DNA of 62,999 bases, the filler included, from Aduncisulcus paluster (taxonomy: Eukaryota): the NCBI GenBank assembly GCA_024181965.1. It is 11 parts of 11 records of this genome, joined end to end, with 100 filler letters (N's around TTAATTAATTAA, not from the genome) between each part and the next. Parts side by side here need not be neighbours in the genome. Positions count along the whole stretch, not along the records: positions 1 to 2,472 come from BQXS01009752.1; positions 2,573 to 17,127 come from BQXS01009753.1; 9 more parts are not named here. One strand, 5' to 3'. The notes below the pieces were generated by a model, which saw only the letters and a program-made list of their open reading frames with translations, made no database searches and was not told where the DNA came from. Shown here piece by piece: positions 1-10,682 of this stretch; position 1 is the stretch's first letter, and each line of letters opens with the position of its first letter. The position numbers were made by a program, and so were the translations under genes.

Positions 1-1
1 C

Positions 2-2470
2 TTTGATAACAGGTTTTTCTACCTTCTTCTCTTCTTCTTCCACATCCACGACAGGTTCCTCTTCTTCCTTATTTGATGACACACTCAGCTCATCATATCC
101 TTGTTCACTCTCTGACGATTCTTTCTCTTCATTTTCAGTCGACTCCTCTTCCTCTTCCTCTTCCTCCCCTCGCTCGCCTTTGGTTGTGGCAGAAAGAACA
201 ATAGGGCCTGATTTCTTAACTATTTTTAGATCTTTCTCAAGTTTTTCCACTTTATCTTTCATGGCATCACCAAACCCTTCAAACACAGAGGAAACATCCC
301 CGATTCGCATTCCTGTCTGTCCAAATGCCCAGATCTCAGATTTTCCGATACTTTTGGCTGATTTGTTGGGAGTGATCTGTGATGGAACAAAGCCCAAGGG
401 TGAGAATGGCGAAAACACGGGCAGAGCAAAGGTATTTTGGGCATCAAACTCTCTCATTTCATCATATTTATCCTCCAACCGTTCGGCAATGTCAAACCTA
501 TCAGCTTTTCCGGCAATCTCCTTTAACATTTTAAGCGATGCTTGAACGCTCAATCTCTCGCCTAAGCCCGAAGCATAAGCATGCAGCTGCTTCTCGAGTG
601 AATTCACAAACAAAGGGGCATATAATTTGTCCATTTCCTTACAACCGGTTATTCTATCGGCGTTAGCCTGTTGTTGGACATCTTCTTCACACATTAACGA
701 TGCAGATGCACTCATGGCTGACATTCTGGTTCTCACAAGAGCCCTAAAGGCATTCGATTCAGCAGAAGCCCTGACAGGAAGAGAAGAAGGCACCAGAGAT
801 ATTGTTGACAATGATAAAGTGTGTTCATCAGGTTCCTTTCCTTTTCTGAATATTATTCCCGTAATACTGTCAAGAGAATCCTCCACTTCAACGATCACCA
901 TATCGCTGTTATTAAGGCCATCCTTAACCAATGAGGCGAAGACATCACCTATTCGAGTCCAAGTAAATGAAAAGGAAGGATTGAGGACTCTTATAACACC
1001 CAAAGAATCGACAACAACAGGTATGGCCCCGTTGGATGTCAAATGAATCGTCTTGAGATAGGAGTTTGGTGAGATACATATATTCTTGGCATCAACAACA
1101 ATAGATAAGGAAGATAAATGCAGAACAGAGCATACAGGAAGAGTTTTTGTGTTCATAACAATCATAAGGATATTGTCTGCACATATGACTCCCAAGGGCA
1201 TGTGAGGAAGGGTATGGCTATGATACAATACACCATTGCAATCCCAGATATAAAGTTCTCGAAACGATGTCACTGCACACACAAAGGAGACCCCACAACA
1301 AACATCAATGACCTTTTCATTTTTCTGAAATGTGACTTCCCAATTGCTATCTCTGTATTTCTTGGAGAACATACGAACATAGATAGTCGAAGGAAGAGAT
1401 TCGGGACCAGAAGATGAGCCTCGGTGACCAATAACACACATGGACTCGGACACACTCCCACAAACGTATCCCAAATCTTGGAGGGAGATACGAGGGGCTA
1501 AACTGGGTTCTATATATAGACGATCAGTGCCAACACCTTGTTCAACATATACACGCCCATTCTTGTTCCATGAAAGGACACGAACGAATGATCCCTTGAT
1601 TGTGGCAGTTTTGTATAGATTTGTGATGGGATGAGAAGGAACTTTGGTGGAAAACATTCCCACGACAGCAGAAGGCTCTTCTAAAACATCTGATGAGTAA
1701 GATTCCTCCTCCTCCTCCATTTCCTCCTCTTCTGGTTCAGAATCAACAACATGACGAGGTTTCTCACTAGTTTGGTGCTTTTCGGCTTCAGAGGGCTTAT
1801 CTTTTCTATTCTTTCCTTGTTTATGCTTCTTCTTCTTCTCTTTACGCTTCTCTTTCTCAGCCCGTTTTTGGGATATTTTTTCTTCACGTTCTTTTTCCCG
1901 GTCAAGTTGGTCAAAAGCGTCTTCAATCAGTGCAAATTCAGACTTTTTTGCAGTTTTATGTTCCTTTTCTTCCTCTTCTTCCACATTTTCGATTTCCTCT
2001 TCTTCTTCTTCTTCTTTCCTTTGATGTCTCAAGAGTCTCTCTTCATCAAGCAGAGGGACTGAGGACATCCAAGCACTTCCTTTGAGACTACATGCAAGAA
2101 TGTCTCCATCAAGGGTCTCAACAGCGGTAAAAACAGGATATTTCAACTCAGCATCCGCAACCTTCGACATGGTCATCACAGACCCTTGCTTCTTGTTTGT
2201 TCCTTCTATCTTGGAGAGGATAGACATCGAAGAGGAAGCAGACGCTTGTGGATATGCACTGAAAACCTCAACAGAACTAGAGGAAGGACTCGAGCATAGG
2301 AGATACTTATTCGAAAGAAGAGAGAGCTTACAGGAAGACGACAACAGTCTTGGAGATCGTGCAATAACCTTAAGCTTATCTGAGAGCAAAATAACATTGC
2401 CGGATTTGCTTATTATATAACATAAAGCACGGTGATCTTTCCCATTGAGAGAAAATTTCCATGAACGGCC
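2..2470 (-). CDS. WDHD1: Ctf4/And-1 (WDHD1/Mcl1/SepB)-like replisome hub protein, partial at both ends; absent from the ORF track
   Basis: Manual translation gives one open minus frame from 2470 to 2: beta-rich segment, acidic/basic linker, then RVLSWNKNG...STIYVRMFSKKYRDSNWEVTFQKNEKVIDVCCGVSFVCAVTSFRELYIWDCNGV. This resembles the And-1 SepB propeller (W..LP.NE.I.A.C.G...AA.TS...R.F...G.). A helical region and an acidic tail follow. Confidence 0.62.
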
Positions 2471-2472
2471 CA

Positions 2473-2572
2473 NNNNNNNNNNNNNNNNNNNNNNNNNNNN
2501 NNNNNNNNNNNNNNNNTTAATTAATTAANNNNNNNNNNNNNNNNNNNNNNNNNNNNNNNNNNNNNNNNNNNN
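2473..2572. other. Artificial contig linker (N run + TTAATTAATTAA + N run). Identical linkers at 17128-17227, 18934-19033, 26297-26396, 30277-30376, 53113-53212, 55493-55592, 57360-57459, 59054-59153, 61280-61379
   Basis: Ten 100-nt spacers, each with a central stop-in-all-six-frames motif; ORFs are cut at every one. Confidence 0.98.
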
Positions 2573-2573
2573 G

Positions 2574-3548
2574 ATGAAAGGAGAGGGTAATTCTGGATTT
2601 TCCACACATATCTGCATTCCTTTCTCCTCATCTAGCTCTATGAAAGGAGCGTATATGTGTCTCTCGAGTTATGAAACACCTCCTTCCTATCTTTCTTTAA
2701 TCTTTACAACATCAAAGAGGAGCAGAATAACCAAAAAATACGAATTTCCTCATTTTGAAGGAATGCATTGGTATTTCCTTCCGGTTGACCTTTCTGATAT
2801 TATTAAATGTGAAATCGAAGGAAAAGGGGGGAAGAAAGAGTATTTTAATATACTTTCCCTTGTTTTCTGCCGTGAAGAATCCTCTGAAGAATCAATGGCC
2901 CGTAAAATCAAGGAGCAATTATGGGTCAAATCCCCAATTGTGAAGTCAGAATTTATCAAAGAAGGAGACAAAGGTGCAATTCCCATTCCACGAGATGATC
3001 CGAAGGTTGTTAAGCTTTCATTATCAATGGTTAAGTGCAAGGTTGATTCGTTTTGCAAGGAATCTGACTGGTATGACCAGAGTTTAGAAGGCCAGAACAT
3101 GTTAAAAGGGGAATCTTTCTTATCATCTTCTTATCTTTCCATACCTTTCCCATCACCTAGTCCTATGAAAGGTGCTTATATCTGTCTCGACAAGGATTCT
3201 AGTTCACCCTTTCTTCTCTTCACTTTCACTGATTCTGATGGTAAGAAGACGTCAAAGAAATATGAATTCACACAACCTAAACATGAATTTGAATGGCATT
3301 TCCTTCCTATTGATTTGTTAAATGTTGTATTGTGTGAGATTGAAGGGAAAGGGACGTGGTGTGATAAAAAAAGTAGATGGAGCTCTATCCAATCTCTTAT
3401 ATTCATTCGAAATGAAGCTACATCAATTTCTGATGATCTACACACATCAACTTTGTCTTTGCCATCAAAACCTATGAGAAGAAGAAGAAGAAGACGCTTG
3501 TCAAATGAGTCCATCCACAGATGCTGTTATTCAAACTGTGGAGTCTGA
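2574..3548 (+). CDS. 5'-partial repeat-domain ORF, probably the upstream part of the 3505-7407 kinase gene (frame break near 3475)
   Basis: Two copies of the same ~150-aa module (HLSIPF...MKGAY...KKYEF...W.FLP.DL..VVLCEI.GKG...SLVF) found in the downstream ORF. It overlaps that ORF across an (AGA)n run. Confidence 0.75.
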   Translation: MKGEGNSGFSTHICIPFSSSSSMKGAYMCLSSYETPPSYLSLIFTTSKRSRITKKYEFPHFEGMHWYFLPVDLSDIIKCEIEGKGGKKEYFNILSLVFCREESSEESMARKIKEQLWVKSPIVKSEFIKEGDKGAIPIPRDDPKVVKLSLSMVKCKVDSFCKESDWYDQSLEGQNMLKGESFLSSSYLSIPFPSPSPMKGAYICLDKDSSSPFLLFTFTDSDGKKTSKKYEFTQPKHEFEWHFLPIDLLNVVLCEIEGKGTWCDKKSRWSSIQSLIFIRNEATSISDDLHTSTLSLPSKPMRRRRRRRLSNESIHRCCYSNCGV

Positions 3549-6500
3549 GTTTGTTCATAAAGGAGATAGGTTTTGTTGTCCAATTTCTGGAGATGCCCCC
3601 AATATTAAGAGTGCAGAATTTCCCACTATAAACGCAAAAGATGAAACCAATGAAGAAGTTGATGAAAAGTACGATCAGAGTTCGAACGCACAAAAAATGA
3701 TGAAAGGAGAGTATAATAATGGACATTTTACCCATATCTCCATTCCTTTCTCTTCATCTTCCCCAATGAGAGGGGCTTATATCTTGCTAAGCAATAATTA
3801 TTCTTGGTATGGTTATCCTTTTCCTCCATCACACCTTATATTCACTCTCACATCTTCAAAGGGTGATAAAACATCCAAGAAATATGAGTTTCATGAAATT
3901 AAAGGTGGTGGTTGGTATTTCCTTCCTGTTGATCTCCCTGATGTTGTTCTGTGTGAGATTACAGGGAAAGGGAGAAAGGAAGAGTATTTCAGAATCTTCT
4001 CCCTTGTTTTTATTTGTAGAGAAGAAATTCCTGAAGAAATCGCAGCTCGTGAAGCCAGAGAGAAACTATGGTCTGAAGCTCCTGTTGTGAAACCAGAGTT
4101 TGTTAAGGAAAGAGATAGAGATTCTATTCCCATTCCACGTGATGATCCAAAGCTTGTAGATCCTTTATTTTCAATGGTTAAGTGCAAGGATGATGTGTAT
4201 AGTAAGGAATCTGAGGAGTATGATCAGAGTTCAAAAGCACAAAAAATGTTGAAAGGGGAACGTGGTGTTTCTTTATCCCATCTTTCCATCCCTTTCCCCT
4301 CACCTAGTCCAATGAAAGGTGCTTATATCTGTGTGGATAAGAATTACTGTTCACCCTCTCTTCTCTTCACTTTCACTGATTGTGATGGTAAGAAGACATT
4401 CAAGAAGTATGAATTCACAAGACCCAAACACAAATATGAATGTCACTTCCTTCCTATTGATTTGTATAATGTTGTATTGTGTGAGATTGAAGGGAAAGGA
4501 ACGTGGGAGAGGAAGAATAGCCGATATTTCCGGATCAGCTCCCTTGTTTTCATTCGAGGTTATGATATTCCCAAATTTATTTGTAAAGGAAATTGCCATT
4601 CTTGTCCAATTCCTAGAGATTCTTCGAATATTAAGAATCCAAAGTTTGAGTTGACGAAAGCCAAAGATCAAACAAAGAAAAAGCTATTTGTTAAATCAAC
4701 AAAGTACGATCAGACTTCCAACGCACAAAAGATGTTAAAGGGAGAATATCATGAAGGATCTTTCACCAAGATCTCCATTCCTTTCTCTTCATCTTCTGAT
4801 TCTCCTCTGAAAGGTGCATATCTATGCCTTCATGTAGAGACTATTCCTTCACCACCTCCATCACACCTTATCTTCACTCTCACATCTTCAAAGGGCGATA
4901 AAACATCCAAAAAATACGAATTTCCTGGATTTGAAGATCAACGTTGGTATTTCCTTCCTGTTGATCTCCCTGATGTTGTTCTGTGTGAGATTACAGGGAA
5001 AGGGAGAAAGAAAGAGTATTTTGGAATCGAATCCCTTGTTTTCATTAGTAGAGAAGAAACTCCTGAAGAAATCGCATCTCGTGAAGCCAGAGAGAAACTA
5101 TGGTCTGAAGCTCCTGTTGTGAAACCAGAGTTTGTTAAGGAAGGAGATGAAAAATCTTTTGGGAAAGATTCTATTCCCATTCCACGTGATGATCCAAAGC
5201 TTGTAGATCCTTCATTTTCAATGGTTAAGTGCAAGAATGATTCGAAGAGCAAGGAATCTAAGGGGTATGATCGGAGTTCAGAAGCACAAAAAATGTTAAA
5301 AGGGGAAGATGATGTACTCTTATCCCATCTTTCCATCCCTTTCCCATCACCTAGTCCAATGAAAGGTGCTTATNNNNNNNNNNNNNNNNNNNNCGCATCT
5401 CGTGAAGCCAGAGAGAAACTATGGTCTGAAGCTCCTGTTGTGAAACCAGAGTTTGTTAAGGAAGGAGATGAAAAATCTTTTGGGAAAGATTCTATTCCCA
5501 TTCCACGTGATGATCCAAAGCTTGTAGATCCTTCATTTTCAATGGTTAAGTGCAAGAATGATTCGAAGAGCAAGGAATCTAAGGGGTATGATCGGAGTTC
5601 AGAAGCACAAAAAATGTTAAAAGGGGAAGATGATGTACTCTTATCCCATCTTTCCATCCCTTTCCCATCACCTAGTCCAATGAAAGGTGCTTATATCTGT
5701 GTTCATCATCGTTTGAGTTCTCCCTCTCTTTTCTTTACTTTCACTGATTGTGATGGTAAGAAGACATCCAAGAAGTATGAATTCACAAGACCTGAATACA
5801 AATATGAATGGCACTTCCTTCCTATTGATTTGCCAAATGTTGTATTGTGTAAGATTGAAGGGAAAGGAACGTGGAATATGAAGAGTAGTCGTTGGTTCTA
5901 CATCTACTCCCTTGTTTTCCTTCGAGGTGATGATATTCCCACCTCTCCTCCTCTTCTTACTCCTGTTCCTTCCAGTTCCTCCAAGACACCCACGTCAACT
6001 TTGTCTTTGCCATCAAAAACTGTGAAAGAAGCTGTGAAAGAAAAACAAGAAGAAGAACAAGAAATGGTTATTAAAGGAAATGATAAGGATTCAACACCAA
6101 AAGACACCAAACAGAAGAAACCCAAGGATGGCAAGCCCAAGTATAACCCCAAGCACGACTCGCTAACCCTGACATCTGCATCCACCATCACTCCCCAGTG
6201 CATCATTGGCAGTGGTGGATTCGGAGAGGTTCTTCTTGTCAAAGTTGATGGCATTCCTTTCCCATGTGTTCTGAAGAAGATGCTTAAAATCGCGGATGAA
6301 AAGGTTGTGAAAGATTGTCGAAAGGAGTTCAAAGTGCAACTCAAGTTGTTCAACAATCCCAAATGTTTCAACCGCATCCCACGTCCTCTGTATATCCTTG
6401 ACCTGCTTGATTGCGATATGAAGGGTGTTTATGGGTTCTTGATGGAGTTCTGTGTTGGAGGCAGTGTGAATGAGTTTGCCAAGAGTTGGTGTGCCGATGG

Positions 6501-7407
6501 CAAGTATGTGAGTGCTAAGGATGACGAAGAATCTGAGTCTGACACTTCCTCAAAAGATGAAGATGAAGAGCCCGCTTTGTTTGACCCCATGACACTGAAC
6601 CCCGTGAAAGTTGCCGCCCTATGTGTTGGCATGATTGAATGTCTCGATGATGTGTTCACGGCAAAGAAGAAGCTTATTCATCGAGACATCAAACCTGACA
6701 ATTTCCTCGTTCGTGTTGATCCCAAAGATGGAGAATGTGCTGTTGTTCTCGCAGATTTGGGTCTTGTCCAAATCAAGGATTCCATCTCTTCGTCGTCGTT
6801 TTCCAGGAGTTTTGTTGATTCTTCTTCCGATTCTAGGAAAGATGTTGAAAAGGCTACAGCTCCAAAAGCAAAACGTTCTGTATGTGGAACTCTTGTTTAC
6901 AATTCTTATGAAGCTCTACGAGGGTTTCAGAGTCAAATGAGTGATGCATACTCTCTTGGAATTTCTATCCTCGCTCTATTTTTCGGCTGTGATCCTTTCC
7001 TTCAAATGCCTGCTCTTCAATTTGCTGGTAGTCCTGCTGAGTTTTCAAAGGAACTTATGCTTCTTATCAAGAGTGATTCATGTCCAACAATCTCCGAAAT
7101 TCCCCTTTTCAAATCCCTAATGATCATTGAAGATGGTAAATTCGAACCTGTGTATTCTTGTTTAAATGAAGTATTCACTGGTCTCACTGTTCTTAATGTT
7201 GACCAACGTATGAGTGTGCACCAAGCTCGTGTAAAAGTCCAATCCATCAAACCCCTCCTGCCCAAGATTGGGGAAGGATGGAAATGTCCAAGTATTGAAG
7301 AGATCATCTCTAACCAGCTCGAGGAGTATGGTGGCTCTGTTGGAACCATCGGGAGTGATCTTGATGGTGTTGATCTGAAGAGAGGGTGGGATGATAGTCA
7401 GAAGTAG
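3505..7407 (+). CDS. Atypical Ser/Thr protein kinase with N-terminal tandem beta-rich repeat modules (~1193 aa after removing the gap duplication)
   Basis: GSGGFGEV, VLKK, HRDIKPDN, DLG, CGTLVYNSYE. Four alternating A/B modules lie upstream. 5073-5373 is duplicated at 5394-5694 across a 20-N gap. Confidence 0.9.
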   Translation: MSPSTDAVIQTVESEFVHKGDRFCCPISGDAPNIKSAEFPTINAKDETNEEVDEKYDQSSNAQKMMKGEYNNGHFTHISIPFSSSSPMRGAYILLSNNYSWYGYPFPPSHLIFTLTSSKGDKTSKKYEFHEIKGGGWYFLPVDLPDVVLCEITGKGRKEEYFRIFSLVFICREEIPEEIAAREAREKLWSEAPVVKPEFVKERDRDSIPIPRDDPKLVDPLFSMVKCKDDVYSKESEEYDQSSKAQKMLKGERGVSLSHLSIPFPSPSPMKGAYICVDKNYCSPSLLFTFTDCDGKKTFKKYEFTRPKHKYECHFLPIDLYNVVLCEIEGKGTWERKNSRYFRISSLVFIRGYDIPKFICKGNCHSCPIPRDSSNIKNPKFELTKAKDQTKKKLFVKSTKYDQTSNAQKMLKGEYHEGSFTKISIPFSSSSDSPLKGAYLCLHVETIPSPPPSHLIFTLTSSKGDKTSKKYEFPGFEDQRWYFLPVDLPDVVLCEITGKGRKKEYFGIESLVFISREETPEEIASREAREKLWSEAPVVKPEFVKEGDEKSFGKDSIPIPRDDPKLVDPSFSMVKCKNDSKSKESKGYDRSSEAQKMLKGEDDVLLSHLSIPFPSPSPMKGAYXXXXXXXASREAREKLWSEAPVVKPEFVKEGDEKSFGKDSIPIPRDDPKLVDPSFSMVKCKNDSKSKESKGYDRSSEAQKMLKGEDDVLLSHLSIPFPSPSPMKGAYICVHHRLSSPSLFFTFTDCDGKKTSKKYEFTRPEYKYEWHFLPIDLPNVVLCKIEGKGTWNMKSSRWFYIYSLVFLRGDDIPTSPPLLTPVPSSSSKTPTSTLSLPSKTVKEAVKEKQEEEQEMVIKGNDKDSTPKDTKQKKPKDGKPKYNPKHDSLTLTSASTITPQCIIGSGGFGEVLLVKVDGIPFPCVLKKMLKIADEKVVKDCRKEFKVQLKLFNNPKCFNRIPRPLYILDLLDCDMKGVYGFLMEFCVGGSVNEFAKSWCADGKYVSAKDDEESESDTSSKDEDEEPALFDPMTLNPVKVAALCVGMIECLDDVFTAKKKLIHRDIKPDNFLVRVDPKDGECAVVLADLGLVQIKDSISSSSFSRSFVDSSSDSRKDVEKATAPKAKRSVCGTLVYNSYEALRGFQSQMSDAYSLGISILALFFGCDPFLQMPALQFAGSPAEFSKELMLLIKSDSCPTISEIPLFKSLMIIEDGKFEPVYSCLNEVFTGLTVLNVDQRMSVHQARVKVQSIKPLLPKIGEGWKCPSIEEIISNQLEEYGGSVGTIGSDLDGVDLKRGWDDSQK
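5073..5694. repeat. Gap-flanking duplication, assembly artefact class. Others: 12089-12621/12813-13345, 32515-32694/32715-32894, 33228-33897/33918-34504, 34915-35088/35109-35282, 51218-51509/51530 onward
   Basis: Identical or near-identical sequence on both sides of 20-N gaps. Removing one copy restores continuous ORFs. Confidence 0.9.
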
Positions 7408-7609
7408 AGTGTGCTCCGGGGATAAAGATTAGATGTACTTCATTGGGCTCAATTTCAGCAGTTCATGAGATTCTACTCTATTTATTGGATGCAATGATTA
7501 GTTGTCTTTTGTGGTTGATAAGCAGACAAAATCCGATAAAAAATTTAAGATACAAAAAACTTAGACATCACAAAAGAAATGTCACAATAAACCCGAAGAA
7601 TCAAATCCT

Positions 7610-10378
7610 TCATTCTTTTCGGCCAAGAATTATCCTTTGACGCAGCAAAAGAGCAATCTTTCGTCCAACGGATCTACAAATTGGATGTTCAGATCCATAA
7701 GTGGATTCCACAGATTTCTTGGCCTCTTTCAACAGAACAAGAGCCTTCGATCCACACTGTTGCGAGTGAGTAATGGAAGAAAACGAATAAGACGGAGAGA
7801 GTGAACTTACAAGGACACCAAGCATAAGGAAAGCACTAGCTAGGCCAATCTGGCATCTCACAACATTGATAGAAGAAACAGAATCACAACATGAGATAAT
7901 CCTTGCCGAAACAAGCCGTCCAGAAGCGATGGTGCTCTCCTTCTCACTATCCGATTCTGTTGATCCGGACACAGCCTCCAAGACATTGAGCGAATGTTGA
8001 AGCATTTTAACAGCCTTTTCACACATTGACACTTTCATGGGCTGAGAAATATCAGACAAACTTTCAAAGTGTGTTGAATTTGGTAACGAAGACACTGAAG
8101 CACCAGGAGCAGTTTTGAATTCTTTCTCCCGTTTAAGCTCAAGATACGATTTCCTCTCTTTCGGTCGGGGGTCACTGTGGGCTTGACAAATATCGAGAAG
8201 CACTCCACTTGCATTAATCCTCAACAATGCACTGTTCATTGAGAAAGGAGTGAGTATGGCATCTGCCATGGTTATCGCTTTCTTGGCTAATGTCAAAGCC
8301 TGTTTGTAATTCTTCAAACATCGTTCGATCGAAGCATAGAGAGACAGAGCGTTTGCAAAGGATATGCATGCATCACAGAAGCCTGGTGGAACGATAGATT
8401 CTCCTTCCACACCCGTTCCGTGTGATATCCCTGTCTTTCCACGGCCAGAGGCCGAGTACAATGAAGAAGAAGAGGAAGAGGCGGCAAGAGAAGCAGATGA
8501 GGAAGGTCTGGGTGGGATCAGATGTCTCTTGGATGAAGCAGAAGGATGTAGCCTTGGTCTAGACCCAAGTAGATTCTGACGAGAAGAGGATATCCCGTGT
8601 GTGGAGGCAGAGGCAGATACAGACAAAGAAGCAGTCGAAACTGCCGGAGAACTTGACAAATGTCTGGAACCTTTGACTTTAGGTCCAGCACTGGCACTTC
8701 GTGGCCTCTTCTTGGCGCTGAGATTCCCTTGAGATTGAAGCTTTTCCAAGCGTTTGAATAGCCTTTCCCCACCTTCCCCGTCATATGTTTGTTTACGGCA
8801 ACGAACCAAATGTTGAATAATTTCAATGCACTCATCACATCGGTCCAATTGAATGAGATATATGATTACGATCTCATCAAGATTCAGCACTCTTCTATGA
8901 GATGGGGAGAGACCCAGTTGTGATATTAAAACACGTTTAGCCTTCAGAATGTACCCAAGAGCTTCTTCAAGACGTGCTCTTTCCCCTTCCTCTTCTTCAA
9001 TCTTCCTCAGGGCCTTCTTTGTGAACACGTCATGCGATTTCCCACCAGTGACATGTTGAATATTCCTTCCTTCAACAATATTGATATTCATTCCATAAAC
9101 TTCACATAAAACAGCGCAGCAATCACAGAATGTCAGGAAGACAGGGGTGTGTGACGATTGGGGAATGTAAGATTGGGCAGATACAGAAGAGTGGGGAACA
9201 GTAGGAGTTTTGGGCCTGAAAAAGTTAGAGGAGGACATCTCACCCACGGAATGGCCCAGATGACCACGCGGAGCAGGCGAAGATGGGCCCACATGCGATG
9301 AAGAATAGGCCCGGAGAGTGTGAAGAGATCCGGATGAAGCGGCATTGACAACCCCTCTGGAAAGGGTCTTATTCTTCGTGACAGGTCTAAGAATTGAAGA
9401 AGAAGATGTAGAAGATCCTGGCGCTTGAAGTCTTGTGACAGAACTCCTCAGAGCCTTCGATGAACTTGACATCAAATGAGAATGAGGAGGAGGAGGAGGA
9501 TACGCAGCTTCGGGGGGCGCCAAAGGAATGCCAGAACGTGACGCAATCCGTTCAACTGTCTCGATGGCAGCTGTGGCATGCGTTTCTGCAGAATCGATAT
9601 CACGGAGCTGCATATAAGCTCTGGCCATAGAAAGCATAGGGGCAACAGAATCTATATGATCAATTCCCTTAACTTCCTCAACAAAAGATAATGCTTTTTG
9701 ACCACAATTAATTGCTTCTTGATATTGTCCACAACCAACGAGGGCGGCAGCGTGGTTTGATATGATCCCTGGCAAATTGGATATAACTTCGGGTTCAGTT
9801 GATGCTGATTCCAAAATAACCCGTGCCTCAGCAATTAATTCTTCTGCAGCGTGGTAACGGCCCATACGAATCAATATCTCACCGATATCACAAACAGAGA
9901 GTGCAGATCTGAAATGGAACTTGCCAAGGAATTTAACACGTATAAACGTTGCTTGTTCGTGATGATATAATGCAGATGTGTAATTTTCAAGCTGAGAAAA
10001 GACAGTACCAAGCAGACTATGAGTAGTTCCCATAGCTAGTTGCATCTCTGACTCATCAACAGATTTAGTTTTATGAATATCAATACTTCTTGCGCTATCA
10101 TGTTCTTCAAAATCTTCGAGCTCAAAAAGGACTTGTTGCTGATATTTTAACAATTCTTGAAGAACTGTCACAGATCTGAGAAAAGTATCCTGTCTAGATA
10201 ATAAATTTAAATATAATCAAATAACAAAGAAAAATAAATTCAAAAGTTAGAAAGATTCAATTCAAATAAGAAGATAGAAGGGCAAGGAGGACAATGTGTA
10301 AAAAATGACATACTCTGTCGATAAAACTCCATAAATCCTCTCGAATTCATGAAGAAAATTTGAAAAATATTCTTCCAT
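7610..10378 (-). CDS. TPR (kinesin-light-chain/nephrocystin-3-like repeat) protein; exons 10378-10314 and 10193-7610
   Basis: Repeats such as SLLGTVFSQLENYTSALYHHEQATFIRVKFLGKFH and GSEHP. An upstream exon MEEYFSNFLHEFERIYGVLST joins in frame through a phase-2 intron. Confidence 0.8.
10194..10313 (-). other. Spliceosomal intron, 120 nt
   Basis: GTATGT donor, T-rich body containing TTCTAAC, TAG acceptor. Splicing gives GA|A (Glu) and supplies the missing ATG. Confidence 0.8.
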
Positions 10379-10682
10379 TAGCTCTAAATGTGTTATTAGA
10401 ACGAAAACTTAAACATCCCGTTTTCGGGGCAATCAACAAATATATTAACATATCTATCATGGAATATTAAATAATAACAATGAATTATAATTCATAGCCA
10501 ATTACATTTCGTATTTTTCCCGTTATTTAAGGTTTTATCTTTTTTGTTTCATTTTAGGTCTTCTCATTAAAATAAAACGTATTATGGGAATGTATCATCA
10601 TAATTAAACAATTCATCTTTTCCGCGAAGCATAACAGAAATCATGTCTTGTTTTGAAGAAATCAGGAGCTATTTGACCCGAA

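Noticed and set aside
3-2420. Plus-strand ORFs 3-545, 627-1046, 1751-2062 and similar S/F/L-rich ORFs throughout
   Set aside because: Antisense shadows of E/K-rich genes on the opposite strand.
2517-2528. Recurrent TTAATTAATTAA as a biological repeat or CRISPR-like unit
   Set aside because: Always centred in 100-nt N spacers; an artificial contig linker.
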